From the NCBI GenBank assembly GCA_036258335.1, contig DATADW010000083.1, positions 1 through 61,199 of the forward strand: a DNA stretch of 61,199 nt, read 5' to 3'. The translations under genes were made by a program, and so were the position numbers. Origin of the DNA: Acidimicrobiia bacterium (GTDB lineage Bacteria; Actinomycetota; Acidimicrobiia; Spongiisociales; DATADW01). Shown here piece by piece: positions 1 through 8,317 of the stretch; the first letter of the stretch is position 1, and every line of letters starts with the position of its first letter. The notes under the pieces are model-generated. The model saw only the letters and a program-made list of their open reading frames with translations. It searched no databases and had not been told where the DNA came from.

Positions 1-182
1 CTGTAGGCGTTGATGGTCCAACGGAAGGGCATGCGGGACGAGGCGGGTACCTCGTTGATGATCCGCTTCGACTCCACCTCGAGGAACTCGAGGCCGCGGT
101 ACTCGCCTCGTCCGACAACGCGGTTGCTCTCGAAGAGCACCGGGTCGCTCTGCTGCAATTGCCTCCAGCGGAGGTCTCCCAT
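1..182 (-). CDS. radical SAM protein, Rv2578c-like family (5' end only, gene runs off the window)
   Basis: Not in the ORF track because it has no stop in the window. Reverse-strand ATG at 182-180 opens MGDLRWRQLQQSDPVLFESNRVVGRGEYRGLEFLEVESKRIINEVPASSRMPFRWTINAY. From memory this resembles the segment just upstream of the CxxxCxxC cluster in this family. Confidence 0.55.
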   Translation of the reverse strand, partial: MGDLRWRQLQQSDPVLFESNRVVGRGEYRGLEFLEVESKRIINEVPASSRMPFRWTINAY

Positions 183-257
183 AGGCGGATCGTAGCGAAC
201 ATGTGTTCGATTTGTGGACCGTGGGAGACTCCGGCCAGCCGACCCCGGAGGATCCTT

Positions 258-541
258 GTGTGGAGGACCGCGCTCACCATCTTCGGCGCCCTGTTCCTGG
301 CCGAGTTGGGCGACAAGACCCAGCTCGCAGTCATCGCCTTCTCCGCCGACAACAACCCGTGGGTGGTGTTCTTCTCGGCATCGGCGGCGCTGGTGGCGTC
401 AACCGCGCGGCGGCCCTGTTCGGACGGGCGCTGTTGCGCATCGTCCCCATCGAGTGGCTCCGCCTGGGTGCCGGCGTGCTGTTCCTGGTCGTCGGGGTGA
501 TCGTGCTGATCGACGCCGTCCCCGCGGTTGTCAGGAGGTGA
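258..541 (+). pseudogene. GDT1/TMEM165 (UPF0016) family cation transporter, apparent 1-nt frameshift
   Basis: The ELGDKTQ signature and first half (VWRTALTIFGALFLAELGDKTQLAVIAFSADNNPWVVFFSASAALVA) lie in the frame of ORF 159..500. The family-typical second half (AAALFGRALLRIVPIEWLRLGAGVLFLVVGVIVLIDAV) continues in the frame of ORF 203..541. The switch is near 395-405. GTG 258 was chosen as start. Confidence 0.5.
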
Positions 542-1073
542 GCAACCGTCCCACGGTCTCCAACTCGGGGAGCGGCACCCAGACCCGAGCCTGTTCGGCA
601 AGCACCGCCGCCCCTGGCAGTTCTTTGCCCGAAGGCAGCGATGACAGTGTGCCGAGGACCGCACTGGGGACGAGGTCGCTCGTCAGGACGCGGCTTGCCG
701 ATAGCGAGCGGACCAGCCCCAGGTACCAGTGGATCTCGGGGTCGGGCAGTTCCCTTGCGACCAGGTAGTAGTCGGGGAGCGTCCCGGAGGCGCTACCGAT
801 CGCCACCTCGAGATCGTTGTCCTCTCCGCGCAGCCGGCGCGCCCACTCCGCCACCACCGCTCCGATCGGATCCACATCCACCAGCGTGTAGACCGAGCCG
901 TGTCTCCTCGCTCTCGACCAAGTCTGGGTGATCACCGATGCTGCCTCGATCGGTCGCTCGGGGACCTCACCCACCGTCTCGATGGTGACATTGGCAGCCA
1001 TCTCGGCGGTAGCGGAGATCACCGCCGCCGCGTCCGATCCCACCACCGCTACCAGCGTCGTCATCGCCGCCAT
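531..1073 (-). CDS. hypothetical protein
   Basis: 180-aa ORF with ordinary, non-shadow composition, divergent from the UbiA gene. No family recognised. Confidence 0.5.
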   Translation of the reverse strand: MAAMTTLVAVVGSDAAAVISATAEMAANVTIETVGEVPERPIEAASVITQTWSRARRHGSVYTLVDVDPIGAVVAEWARRLRGEDNDLEVAIGSASGTLPDYYLVARELPDPEIHWYLGLVRSLSASRVLTSDLVPSAVLGTLSSLPSGKELPGAAVLAEQARVWVPLPELETVGRLLTS

Positions 1074-1118
1074 GTCGACCCCATCATTGCGTTGACCTAG
1101 TCATAGACTCGTCCCGAG

Positions 1119-2108
1119 ATGTCCACCCGCATGTGGCGCGAAGCGGTCGTAGGGATCCCGCGGGTCGACCACGCCGAGTGGGAGCGGCTCGACCCGGTGA
1201 GCCGCTGGCTCATCGCCAGCAGGGCGGCCGTGCTGGTCATGACGCTCATCTCGGCGGCCATCGCCGGGATACTGGCGTGGCAAGCAGACTTGTTCGACCC
1301 CTGGTCGTTTCTGCTGCTCACGATCGGGTTGTTGGCGGCGCACGCCGCCAACAACCTCCTGAACGACCTCACCGACCACTGGACCGGCACCGACCGCGAC
1401 AACTCGTTCCGCACCCAGTACGGCTCCCAACCCTTGGAGAGCGGGCTGATGACGGTGCGGCAGAGCATCGTCTACGCCTCATTGACCGGTCTGGTTGGGG
1501 TCGCCGTCGGGGTGTGGTTCATAGTGCTGCGCGGTCCGCTGGTCGCTCTGTTGCTCGGCCTCGGGGCTTTCTTCGTGGTCGCCTATACCTGGCCGCTGAA
1601 GCACATCGGGCTGGGCGAACCGGCGGTGCTCGTGGTGTGGGGCCCGCTTATGGTCGGCGGCGGGTACTACGTCATCACCGGGTTCTGGTCATGGGATGTC
1701 GTGCTCGCCTCGCTGCCTTATGCGCTCGGAGTGACCGCGGTCCTCTTCGGTAAGCACATCGACAAGATCCCCAACGATGAGGAGCGGGGGATCCACACCC
1801 TCCCCGTGATAATGGGAGAGACGGCGGCACGCTGGACGGTTCTGGCGATGATCGCCGCCCAATACGGGCTCGCCGTGTATCTGGTGGCGACCGGGTTTCT
1901 CCCCTGGCCGGTGCTCGCGGTGGTCGGGGCGGCCCCGTTGCTCCGATTTGTCTGGCCGGTCTTCACCAACCCAAAGCCGGAGGCGCCTCCTCCCGAATAC
2001 CCGAAGGGCGCCTGGCCCCTTTGGTATGTCAGCATCGCCTTCGTCCACAACCGTCGATTCGGAGTCCTCTACCTGCTCGGGCTGGTTGCCGGTGCCATCC
2101 TCTTCTGA
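1119..2108 (+). CDS. UbiA-family aromatic prenyltransferase (MenA-like)
   Basis: Polytopic membrane protein with the NNLLNDLTDHWTGTDRDN (NxxxDxxxD-type) motif and a second Asp-rich region (GKHIDKIPNDEE). Confidence 0.8.
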   Translation: MSTRMWREAVVGIPRVDHAEWERLDPVSRWLIASRAAVLVMTLISAAIAGILAWQADLFDPWSFLLLTIGLLAAHAANNLLNDLTDHWTGTDRDNSFRTQYGSQPLESGLMTVRQSIVYASLTGLVGVAVGVWFIVLRGPLVALLLGLGAFFVVAYTWPLKHIGLGEPAVLVVWGPLMVGGGYYVITGFWSWDVVLASLPYALGVTAVLFGKHIDKIPNDEERGIHTLPVIMGETAARWTVLAMIAAQYGLAVYLVATGFLPWPVLAVVGAAPLLRFVWPVFTNPKPEAPPPEYPKGAWPLWYVSIAFVHNRRFGVLYLLGLVAGAILF

Positions 2109-2121
2109 TCGCCATTCCTCC

Positions 2122-2523
2122 GTGGAGCGCCACATCGAAGATGCGATGGCGCGGGGCGAGTTCGATCGACTCCCGGGAATGGGGCTCCCCATCCCCGGCA
2201 TCGATGGTGACGACCAACCCGACTGGTGGGCGCGCAAGAAGATCGAGCGTGAGCGTGCTCTCCAAGCTGCCGTCGACGCGGCCTCCGCTGTGCAGCGCGC
2301 CATACCGGGCCTCTGGGCGCTCGCCGACCCTGTCGAGGTGAGCGACGAGGTAGGGCGTCTCAATCGATTGCTGGAACAAGCGTGCGGCGAGCTTCCCGAG
2401 GACCAGCGGCCCCAACTGCTCGACGTGGGTGAGGTCCTCGAAGATTGGCGGAGGATGCACCGGGTGCGCAGCGGTCTTGGCCCCTGGCGTGTCACCAGAC
2501 GTGGCTGGGCGCTGGGTCGTTAG
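2122..2523 (+). CDS. DUF1992 (DnaJ-C28-like) domain protein
   Basis: VERHIEDAMARGEFDRLPGMGLPIP matches the conserved N-terminus of this family. GTG 2122 or ATG 2146 is the start. The longer ORF-track N-terminus overlaps the UbiA gene. Confidence 0.7.
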   Translation: MERHIEDAMARGEFDRLPGMGLPIPGIDGDDQPDWWARKKIERERALQAAVDAASAVQRAIPGLWALADPVEVSDEVGRLNRLLEQACGELPEDQRPQLLDVGEVLEDWRRMHRVRSGLGPWRVTRRGWALGR

Positions 2524-2563
2524 GCCCATTCCGGCGGCGGCATCCAGCCGATACTGTGACCGC

Positions 2564-2863
2564 GTGCGTGATCGGGCCGATCGGGGAGCGGGTCTCCCCG
2601 AGTACGTGATCCTTGTCGTGGTGGTCGCCATCGCCGCGGTGTTCGCCGTCTCTCTGCTGGGCCAGTCCACACTTGGGCTTTTCGAGCGCGTAACGCCGGC
2701 GGTGAGCAACGAAGCCCCGCCACCCGGCGGTGGCGGGGGTACGGGCGGTGGCGGGGGTACGGGCGGTGGCGGGGGTACCGGCGGTGGCGGTCTTGACCCG
2801 GGCGAGCTCAACCCACCCACCACGGTTGTGTGCGACCCGATCGCCGAGCCCGACTGCCCTTAG
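2564..2863 (+). CDS. Flp/Fap-like type IVb pilin with Gly-rich repeat and Cys-bracketed C-terminal extension
   Basis: From GTG 2564 the product reads VRDRADRGAG/LPEYVILVVVVAIAAVFAVSLLGQSTLGLFERV. This shows the G-x4-EY processing-site pattern followed by a hydrophobic helix. It continues with (GGGGGT)x3 and CDPIAEPDC. Confidence 0.5.
   Translation: MRDRADRGAGLPEYVILVVVVAIAAVFAVSLLGQSTLGLFERVTPAVSNEAPPPGGGGGTGGGGGTGGGGGTGGGGLDPGELNPPTTVVCDPIAEPDCP
2726..2791 (+). repeat. 18-bp tandem repeat, 3.7 copies (ggcggtggcgggggtacg)
   Basis: Read directly: units at 2726-2743, 2744-2761 and 2762-2779 (last base c), then a partial unit at 2780-2791. In frame it encodes GGGGGT repeats in the Flp-like ORF. 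Confidence 0.9.
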
Positions 2864-2893
2864 GCACGTTACGCCGGTCGGCCGGCTGCCACC

Positions 2894-4699
2894 ATGGCGA
2901 CCTTGATCGATCATCTCTCCGACTCTCGACTGGCCGCGTTGGGTGCTAAGGCGATTCTCGCTGGGCTGGACCGGTACACGGACCGCTTCCGGATCATCAC
3001 GCGCCGGGCTCGTATCCGCTTTGACGAGCGCGACTGGGGTGGGATGCAGTCGGATGCTGCCGATCGGCTCGACCTATACGGTCGCGTGGTCTCGTCGGTT
3101 GTCGCCGATCTCCACCATCTTCTCACCGACCGTGTCGAGGATCGATCGCTGTGGGCGGCTATGAAGGCGGTCTACTCCGGGCTGATCGAGGGCCGCGACG
3201 ACTGGGACCAGGCGGAGACCTTCTTCAACTCCGCCACGCGCAAGATCTTCACCACGGTCGGCGTTGACCCTCGGATCGAGTTCGTCGACACCGACTTCGA
3301 CACACCGCCGACCCCACCGCGGCACCCGCTCCATTCAGCATTTGGGCGGAGGTCGTCGACCAGCGAGCTGATCGAGGAGGTCCTCGCATCGCAGCCACTT
3401 GGCCTCTCCGACCCGAGGACCGAGTCGCAGCGCGTCGCCCAGCGGATCGACGGTCACCTGCGCGACATTGGTGCCCTGCAGAGCGTGGAGCGGGCGGAGA
3501 TGATCGACGCCGTCTTCTACCGCGGCCAGAGCGCCCACCTCATAGGCCGGCTGTTCAGCGGCTCGCACCTGGTCCCAATCGTGTTGGTGGTGCTCCATCC
3601 TCCGGGCGGCCCCGTGGTCGATGCGGTGCTGCTCACCGAGAACCAGGTGAGCATCCTCTTCAGCTTCACCAGGGCCTACTTCCATGTTGACGTCGACCGC
3701 CCCCACGACCTCGTCGACTTCCTTCGCACCCTCATGCCGCGCAAGCGTCTCGCCGAGCTGTACACATCGCTCGGGTACCACAAGCACGGCAAGACCGTTC
3801 TCTACCGGGAGTTGATCCATCACCTCGCCAGGTCGGGGGAGTTGTTCGAGCGAGCGCGGGGTGCAGAGGGCCTTGTGATGACCGTGTTCACGATGCCGGG
3901 GTTCGACATCGTGTTCAAGGTGATCAACGACACGTTTCCCTCGCCAAAGACGACGACGCCTGACCAGGTCCGGGGCCGCTACCGGCTCGTATTCCGCCAC
4001 GACCGGGTCGGAAGATTGGTCGACGCCCAGGAGTTCGAACTGCTCGAGTTCGAACGGGATCGGTTCTCCTCCGAGCTTCTCGACAAACTCGAGGGCGATT
4101 GCACTTCGGCGGTGGCGGTCGAACCAAACCGCGTCGTGATACGTCACGCCTATGTGGAGCGGAGAGTCATCCCGCTCGATATCTATGTCCGCGAGGCCGA
4201 CCCGGCGGCGGCGACCGCGGCGATGCTCGACTACGGAACCTGTATCGAGGAGCTGGCCGCCGCTGGGATATTCCCGGGCGACCTGCTGCTCAAGAACTTC
4301 GGGGTGACCCGGCACGGACGGGTCGTCTTCTACGACTACGACGAGTTGACCCGTCTGGAGGACTGCCGTTTCAGGACATTGCCCGGGCCTCGCTCGCCGG
4401 AGGAGGAGATGTCCGCTGAACCGTGGTTTGCGGTTGGGCCCAACGACATCTTCCCCGAAGAGTTCCGGCGCTTCGTGGGGATCGATGGTGGCCCCCGCGC
4501 CGCATTCGAGGATGCCCACCACCGGCTCTTCGACCCCGCATGGTGGTGCTCGATGCAGGATCGCGTCCGCCGCGGCGAGTTGATCCCGGTGTTTCCATAC
4601 GAGTCCGCAGCCAGGTTGGAAAGAGGAGACGGCAGACGGCAGACGGCAGACGACAGCAGGAGGGTGGACAGCGGAGAGCCGTCAGATACCGGGCGCTGA
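2894..4699 (+). CDS. aceK: bifunctional isocitrate dehydrogenase kinase/phosphatase
   Basis: Collinear with E. coli AceK along its length. Examples: GLVMTVFTMPGFDIVFKVINDTFPSPK, HDRVGRLVDAQEF, FPGDLLLKNFGVTRHGRVVFYDYDE, AEPWFAVGPNDIFPEEFR. Confidence 0.9.
   Translation: MATLIDHLSDSRLAALGAKAILAGLDRYTDRFRIITRRARIRFDERDWGGMQSDAADRLDLYGRVVSSVVADLHHLLTDRVEDRSLWAAMKAVYSGLIEGRDDWDQAETFFNSATRKIFTTVGVDPRIEFVDTDFDTPPTPPRHPLHSAFGRRSSTSELIEEVLASQPLGLSDPRTESQRVAQRIDGHLRDIGALQSVERAEMIDAVFYRGQSAHLIGRLFSGSHLVPIVLVVLHPPGGPVVDAVLLTENQVSILFSFTRAYFHVDVDRPHDLVDFLRTLMPRKRLAELYTSLGYHKHGKTVLYRELIHHLARSGELFERARGAEGLVMTVFTMPGFDIVFKVINDTFPSPKTTTPDQVRGRYRLVFRHDRVGRLVDAQEFELLEFERDRFSSELLDKLEGDCTSAVAVEPNRVVIRHAYVERRVIPLDIYVREADPAAATAAMLDYGTCIEELAAAGIFPGDLLLKNFGVTRHGRVVFYDYDELTRLEDCRFRTLPGPRSPEEEMSAEPWFAVGPNDIFPEEFRRFVGIDGGPRAAFEDAHHRLFDPAWWCSMQDRVRRGELIPVFPYESAARLERGDGRRQTADDSRRVDSGEPSDTGR
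4628..4655 (+). repeat. heptamer tandem array (gacggca x3 plus gacgaca)
   Basis: Read directly. It lies inside the last 70 nt of aceK and encodes the RRQTADGRRQTADD-like tail. Confidence 0.85.
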
Positions 4700-4711
4700 G
4701 TCTCCCTCGGC

Positions 4712-5275
4712 CTACGTTTTCCGCGAGGCGCGCCTGCGGCGGAAAGCCGCGACGTTCTCACGGGTGCCACAGGTGACGGAGCAGTGGCGACGCGACCGGT
4801 TGCGCGAGGTGTCCACGTAAACATCGGCGCAGGTCTCGGATGAGCAGACCCCGAGCCGGTCGATCCCATAGTCGCAAACCACGGTGGCCAGACCCATCGC
4901 GGTGATCGCCCCGAGCCAGCGGCCGACCCCCCGCCGGGTCGACTCGAAATGGAAGTGGGGATCGACGCCGGTGTGAGCGCTCACCCGGGGCACCGCCCCG
5001 GATGCGCTCAGCTCTCGGTTCAGCTCGGCGACGGCAAGCTCGACATCATCGGTCTCGAATAGGCGGCGGATCCCGGCGCGGAGCCGCCGCACCGCGGTCA
5101 GGTCACGTTCGTTCAGATCGACCCAATCCTCCCGCCATTCTTTTGGAACCTCGCCGAGGAAAGACCGAAGTCCATCGAGATCGCCGAGCTGGTCCTCACC
5201 GGTGATGGGATCGAGCGTGTTCGCCAGCGCTACAGCCAACGCAACCGGCGAGTCGGTGTAATGCGAGAAATCCAT
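4712..5275 (-). CDS. CGNR zinc-finger (ABATE-domain) putative transcription regulator
   Basis: C-terminal CSSETCADVYVDTSRNRSRRHCSVTCGTRENVAAFRRR is the zf-CGNR signature. Confidence 0.85.
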   Translation of the reverse strand: MDFSHYTDSPVALAVALANTLDPITGEDQLGDLDGLRSFLGEVPKEWREDWVDLNERDLTAVRRLRAGIRRLFETDDVELAVAELNRELSASGAVPRVSAHTGVDPHFHFESTRRGVGRWLGAITAMGLATVVCDYGIDRLGVCSSETCADVYVDTSRNRSRRHCSVTCGTRENVAAFRRRRASRKT

Positions 5276-5330
5276 TTCGGACCTTACAGGTTCGTGCTAA
5301 AGTGTAATGAGCCTACAGCCGAATATCCAT

Positions 5331-5360
5331 TACGTCACCAATACGTCACCAATACGTCAC
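5331..5360 (+). promoter_or_regulatory. three direct TACGTCAC repeats at 11-bp phasing (candidate operator)
   Basis: TACGTCAC at 5331-5338, 5342-5349 and 5353-5360. They sit in a locally AT-richer divergent intergenic region next to the CGNR regulator start. Confidence 0.4.
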
Positions 5361-5393
5361 GAAGCCGTTCTATGGCGAGATAGGAGCAATCCC

Positions 5394-5537
5394 GTGTGGC
5401 ACGTCATGTCAGACCCCAAGTTCTATCAGCCCCACGCTGAGGATCTGCGGCGTGAGGCCGGCGAGGCCCGTTTGCGGCGAGCCCTGAAGAAGACGCTGCG
5501 GCGTTCTCGTGACGCCGCGTCTCGCCGCGAGGCCTGA
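5394..5537 (+). CDS. small basic hypothetical protein (47 aa)
   Basis: GTG 5394 lies 8 nt after a GGAG. The product VWHVMSDPKFYQPHAEDLRREAGEARLRRALKKTLRRSRDAASRREA is in the same frame as track ORF 5307..5537. No family recognised. Confidence 0.3.
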   Translation: MWHVMSDPKFYQPHAEDLRREAGEARLRRALKKTLRRSRDAASRREA

Positions 5538-5599
5538 CCGGCGCCGCCCCCGCCCGTAGCTGGCAGACTCGGGGCCCATCTGACCATGGGAGCCCGAGG

Positions 5600-8317
5600 T
5601 TGGCCGATTATCCGTCCGACTATGAGTTCGACATCGTGCTGCGGGACGGTGCGGTTGCACGCTTCCGCCCGCTCCGCCCAGAAGATGCTCCGCTGCTGCT
5701 GGCGCTTTTCGAGCACACCGGTGCTCAGTCGCGCTACTACCGATTCTTCCGCGCCAAGGACGAGTTGACCCCCGAGGAACTCGAGCACTTCACCACGGTC
5801 GACTACGTGGATCGGATGGCGTTCGGCGTCTTTGAAGACGGGGAGATGGTGGGGGTCGGGCGGTACGACCGGGCGGAAGATGAGCCGGCCGCTGAGGTCG
5901 CCTTCTTGGTGGCCGATGCACAGCAGGGCCGCGGCATAGGAACCGCCCTCCTTCAGATGCTGGGTAGCTACGGGCGGGCCCACGGGGTGTCCGAGTTCAA
6001 GGCATTCGTGCTCCCCGAGAACCTGCAGATGATGCGGGTGTTCCGCTCCTCGGGGTATGAGTTGAGCCGCACTCTGGAGGAGGGCGTCTACTCGTTGGAC
6101 TTCCCCACCGCGGTCTCGGTCGGGAGCCGGGCCGCCGAGGAGGAGAGGGAAAAGCGGGCGGTGGCTGCCTCGATCCTCCCCATCTTCTACCCGCGGTCTA
6201 TCGCCGTGGTCGGTGCCAGCCGTACCCCCGGCTCGATAGGAGCGCGCCTGTTCTCCAATCTGGTGGGCTCGGGGTTCACCGGGGCGGTATACCCGGTCAA
6301 CCCAAAGGCGGGGGTGGTCCACTCGGTTCGGGCCTACCCATCGATCCTCGATATCCCCGACCCGGTCGACCTCGCCTTCATCGTGGTGCCTGCCCACTTC
6401 GCCCTCGATGCGGTGAGGGAGTGCGCAGAGAAGCGCGTCAAGGGTTTGGTTGTCATCTCCGCCGGCTTCTCCGAGGTGCCCGGTGGGGAGGATCTCGAGC
6501 GCCAGATCCTCGAGGTCGCCCGCTCGGCGGGGATGCGGATGGTTGGCCCCAACTGCATGGGGGTGCTCAACACCGATCCGGCGGTGCAGATGAACGGGAC
6601 GTTCGCCCCGGTCTACCCGCCTAGGGGCAACGTAGCCATGTCGAGTCAGTCGGGGGCGCTCGGGATCGCCATCCTCGACTACGCCCGGCAGAACAACATC
6701 GGGATCTCGACCTTCATCTCGGTCGGCAACAAGGCCGACGTCTCGGGTAACGACTTGCTTCTGGCATGGGAGGAGGACCCGGCCACCGATGTGATCGTCC
6801 TCTATCTGGAGTCATTCGGGAACCCGCGCCGCTTCGCCCGTCTGGCTCGCCGCATCGCCCGCAAGAAGCCGATCGTGGCGGTCAAGGCGGGCCGGACCAG
6901 CGCAGGCACCCGGGCAGCATCGAGCCACACCGGCGCCCTCGCCAGCCTCGATGTCGCCGTCGAGGCGTTGTTCAACCAGGCCGGCGTGATCCGCACCACC
7001 ACACTCGAGGAGCTGTTCGGGGTGGCTTCGCTGCTGGCCAACCAGCCGGTGCCCAAAGGCAGGCGGGTCGGCGTCATTACCAACGCCGGCGGACCGGGAA
7101 TCCTCGCTGCCGATGCGCTCGAGTCCGAGGAGCTCGAGCTTCCCGAGCTGTCCGAGGGCTTGCGGGCAAAGCTGGCCGAGGCTCTGTCGGCGGAAGCCTC
7201 GACGCGCAACCCCATCGACCTCATCGCCTCCGCCGGCCCTGACCACTACCGGCACTGCATCGAGACGCTGATCGAGAGCGACGAGGTCGACGCCGTCATG
7301 GTGATCTACATACCGACCACGCCCGATGGTTTGCAGGGCGTGGCTGCTGCGGTGCGCGAGATGGCGACGGCGCACCACGGGGAGAAGACGTTCGTCACCG
7401 TGTTCATGGAAAGCGAACACTCTGCCGCGCTGTTCGAGGACGCCCGGGTCCCCACCTTCGTCTTCCCCGAGGCGGCAGCGATTGCACTGAGCCGTGCGGC
7501 CCGGTATGGAGAGTGGCTCACCCGGCCGGAGGGGACCATTCCCACGCTGGCGGGGCTCGATCCCGGCGCCGCCCGCCGCGTGGTGGCCGCGGCGGTGGGA
7601 CGGCTCGGAGACGAAGGTGGCTGGCTCGAGCCCGGCGAAGTCGACGAGGTACTCGCCGCGTTCGGTATCCGGCTCCCGGTCAGCCGGGTTGTGGTCACCG
7701 CTGACGAGGCCGCGGTGGCCGCCGTCGATATCGGCGGGAAGGTGGTGTTGAAGGTGATCGCCCCATCCGCCCTCCATAAGAGCGATGTGGGCGGTGTCCT
7801 TCTCGACGTCGAGGGGGAGGGAGCGGTTCGCGCCGGCTTCGATCATCTCATGAGTGTGGTGGGCGATCCGGAAGGAGTCCTCGTCCAGGAGATGGTCGCG
7901 GGCGGCCACGAGGTGCTGATCGGCGTGACCGAGGATCCTTCATTCGGACCGTTGCTCGTCTTCGGTCTGGGCGGGGTCTACGTCGAGTTGCTCAAGGATG
8001 TGGCGGTGCGGATCGCCCCGATCACCGACCGCGACGCCGCCGAGATGGTGGGGGAGATCAAAACGGCACGGTTGCTCCAAGGTCGGTATCGCAACTTCCC
8101 CCCCGGTGATCTCGACGCACTCCAAGAGGCTTTGCTTCGGGTGTCGGCGTTGGTGGAGGCGGTCCCCGAGCTGGTAGAGATGGACATGAACCCGGTCAAG
8201 GTGCTCCTGCCGGGTGAGGGGGTGCGGGTGGTAGACGCCAGGATCAAGGTCCGGCCGCTCAAACCGGGCTGGTCGCCGGAGCTACTCGACATCCCCGGTC
8301 TGGCCGGGCACCGCTAA
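5600..8317 (+). CDS. patA: protein lysine acetyltransferase, PatA-type (N-terminal GNAT fused to NDP-forming acyl-CoA synthetase-like and ATP-grasp domains)
   Basis: GNAT motif A (QQGRGIGTALL) is N-terminal. It is followed by a CoA-binding region (SIAVVGASRTPGSIG), succinyl-CoA-synthetase-like flavodoxin domains and a C-terminal ATP-grasp region. Confidence 0.8.
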   Translation: MADYPSDYEFDIVLRDGAVARFRPLRPEDAPLLLALFEHTGAQSRYYRFFRAKDELTPEELEHFTTVDYVDRMAFGVFEDGEMVGVGRYDRAEDEPAAEVAFLVADAQQGRGIGTALLQMLGSYGRAHGVSEFKAFVLPENLQMMRVFRSSGYELSRTLEEGVYSLDFPTAVSVGSRAAEEEREKRAVAASILPIFYPRSIAVVGASRTPGSIGARLFSNLVGSGFTGAVYPVNPKAGVVHSVRAYPSILDIPDPVDLAFIVVPAHFALDAVRECAEKRVKGLVVISAGFSEVPGGEDLERQILEVARSAGMRMVGPNCMGVLNTDPAVQMNGTFAPVYPPRGNVAMSSQSGALGIAILDYARQNNIGISTFISVGNKADVSGNDLLLAWEEDPATDVIVLYLESFGNPRRFARLARRIARKKPIVAVKAGRTSAGTRAASSHTGALASLDVAVEALFNQAGVIRTTTLEELFGVASLLANQPVPKGRRVGVITNAGGPGILAADALESEELELPELSEGLRAKLAEALSAEASTRNPIDLIASAGPDHYRHCIETLIESDEVDAVMVIYIPTTPDGLQGVAAAVREMATAHHGEKTFVTVFMESEHSAALFEDARVPTFVFPEAAAIALSRAARYGEWLTRPEGTIPTLAGLDPGAARRVVAAAVGRLGDEGGWLEPGEVDEVLAAFGIRLPVSRVVVTADEAAVAAVDIGGKVVLKVIAPSALHKSDVGGVLLDVEGEGAVRAGFDHLMSVVGDPEGVLVQEMVAGGHEVLIGVTEDPSFGPLLVFGLGGVYVELLKDVAVRIAPITDRDAAEMVGEIKTARLLQGRYRNFPPGDLDALQEALLRVSALVEAVPELVEMDMNPVKVLLPGEGVRVVDARIKVRPLKPGWSPELLDIPGLAGHR

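Noticed and set aside
2726-2791. Whether the tandem repeats (the 18-bp array here and the heptamer arrays elsewhere) could be CRISPR arrays.
   Set aside because: Units are contiguous with no unique spacers, are far shorter than CRISPR repeats, and no cas genes are present.
3335-4522. Long antisense or out-of-frame ORFs opposite or overlapping well-supported genes. Examples: 3335..4522 minus, 5426..6397 minus, 10761..12080 plus, 28963..30645 plus, 41720..43273 minus, 46456..47820 minus, 57621..58991 minus, 60418..61128 minus.
   Set aside because: Their Arg/Pro/Gly/His-rich low-complexity translations are typical of shadow frames in high-GC DNA. In each case another frame at the same locus carries a protein with clear family motifs.
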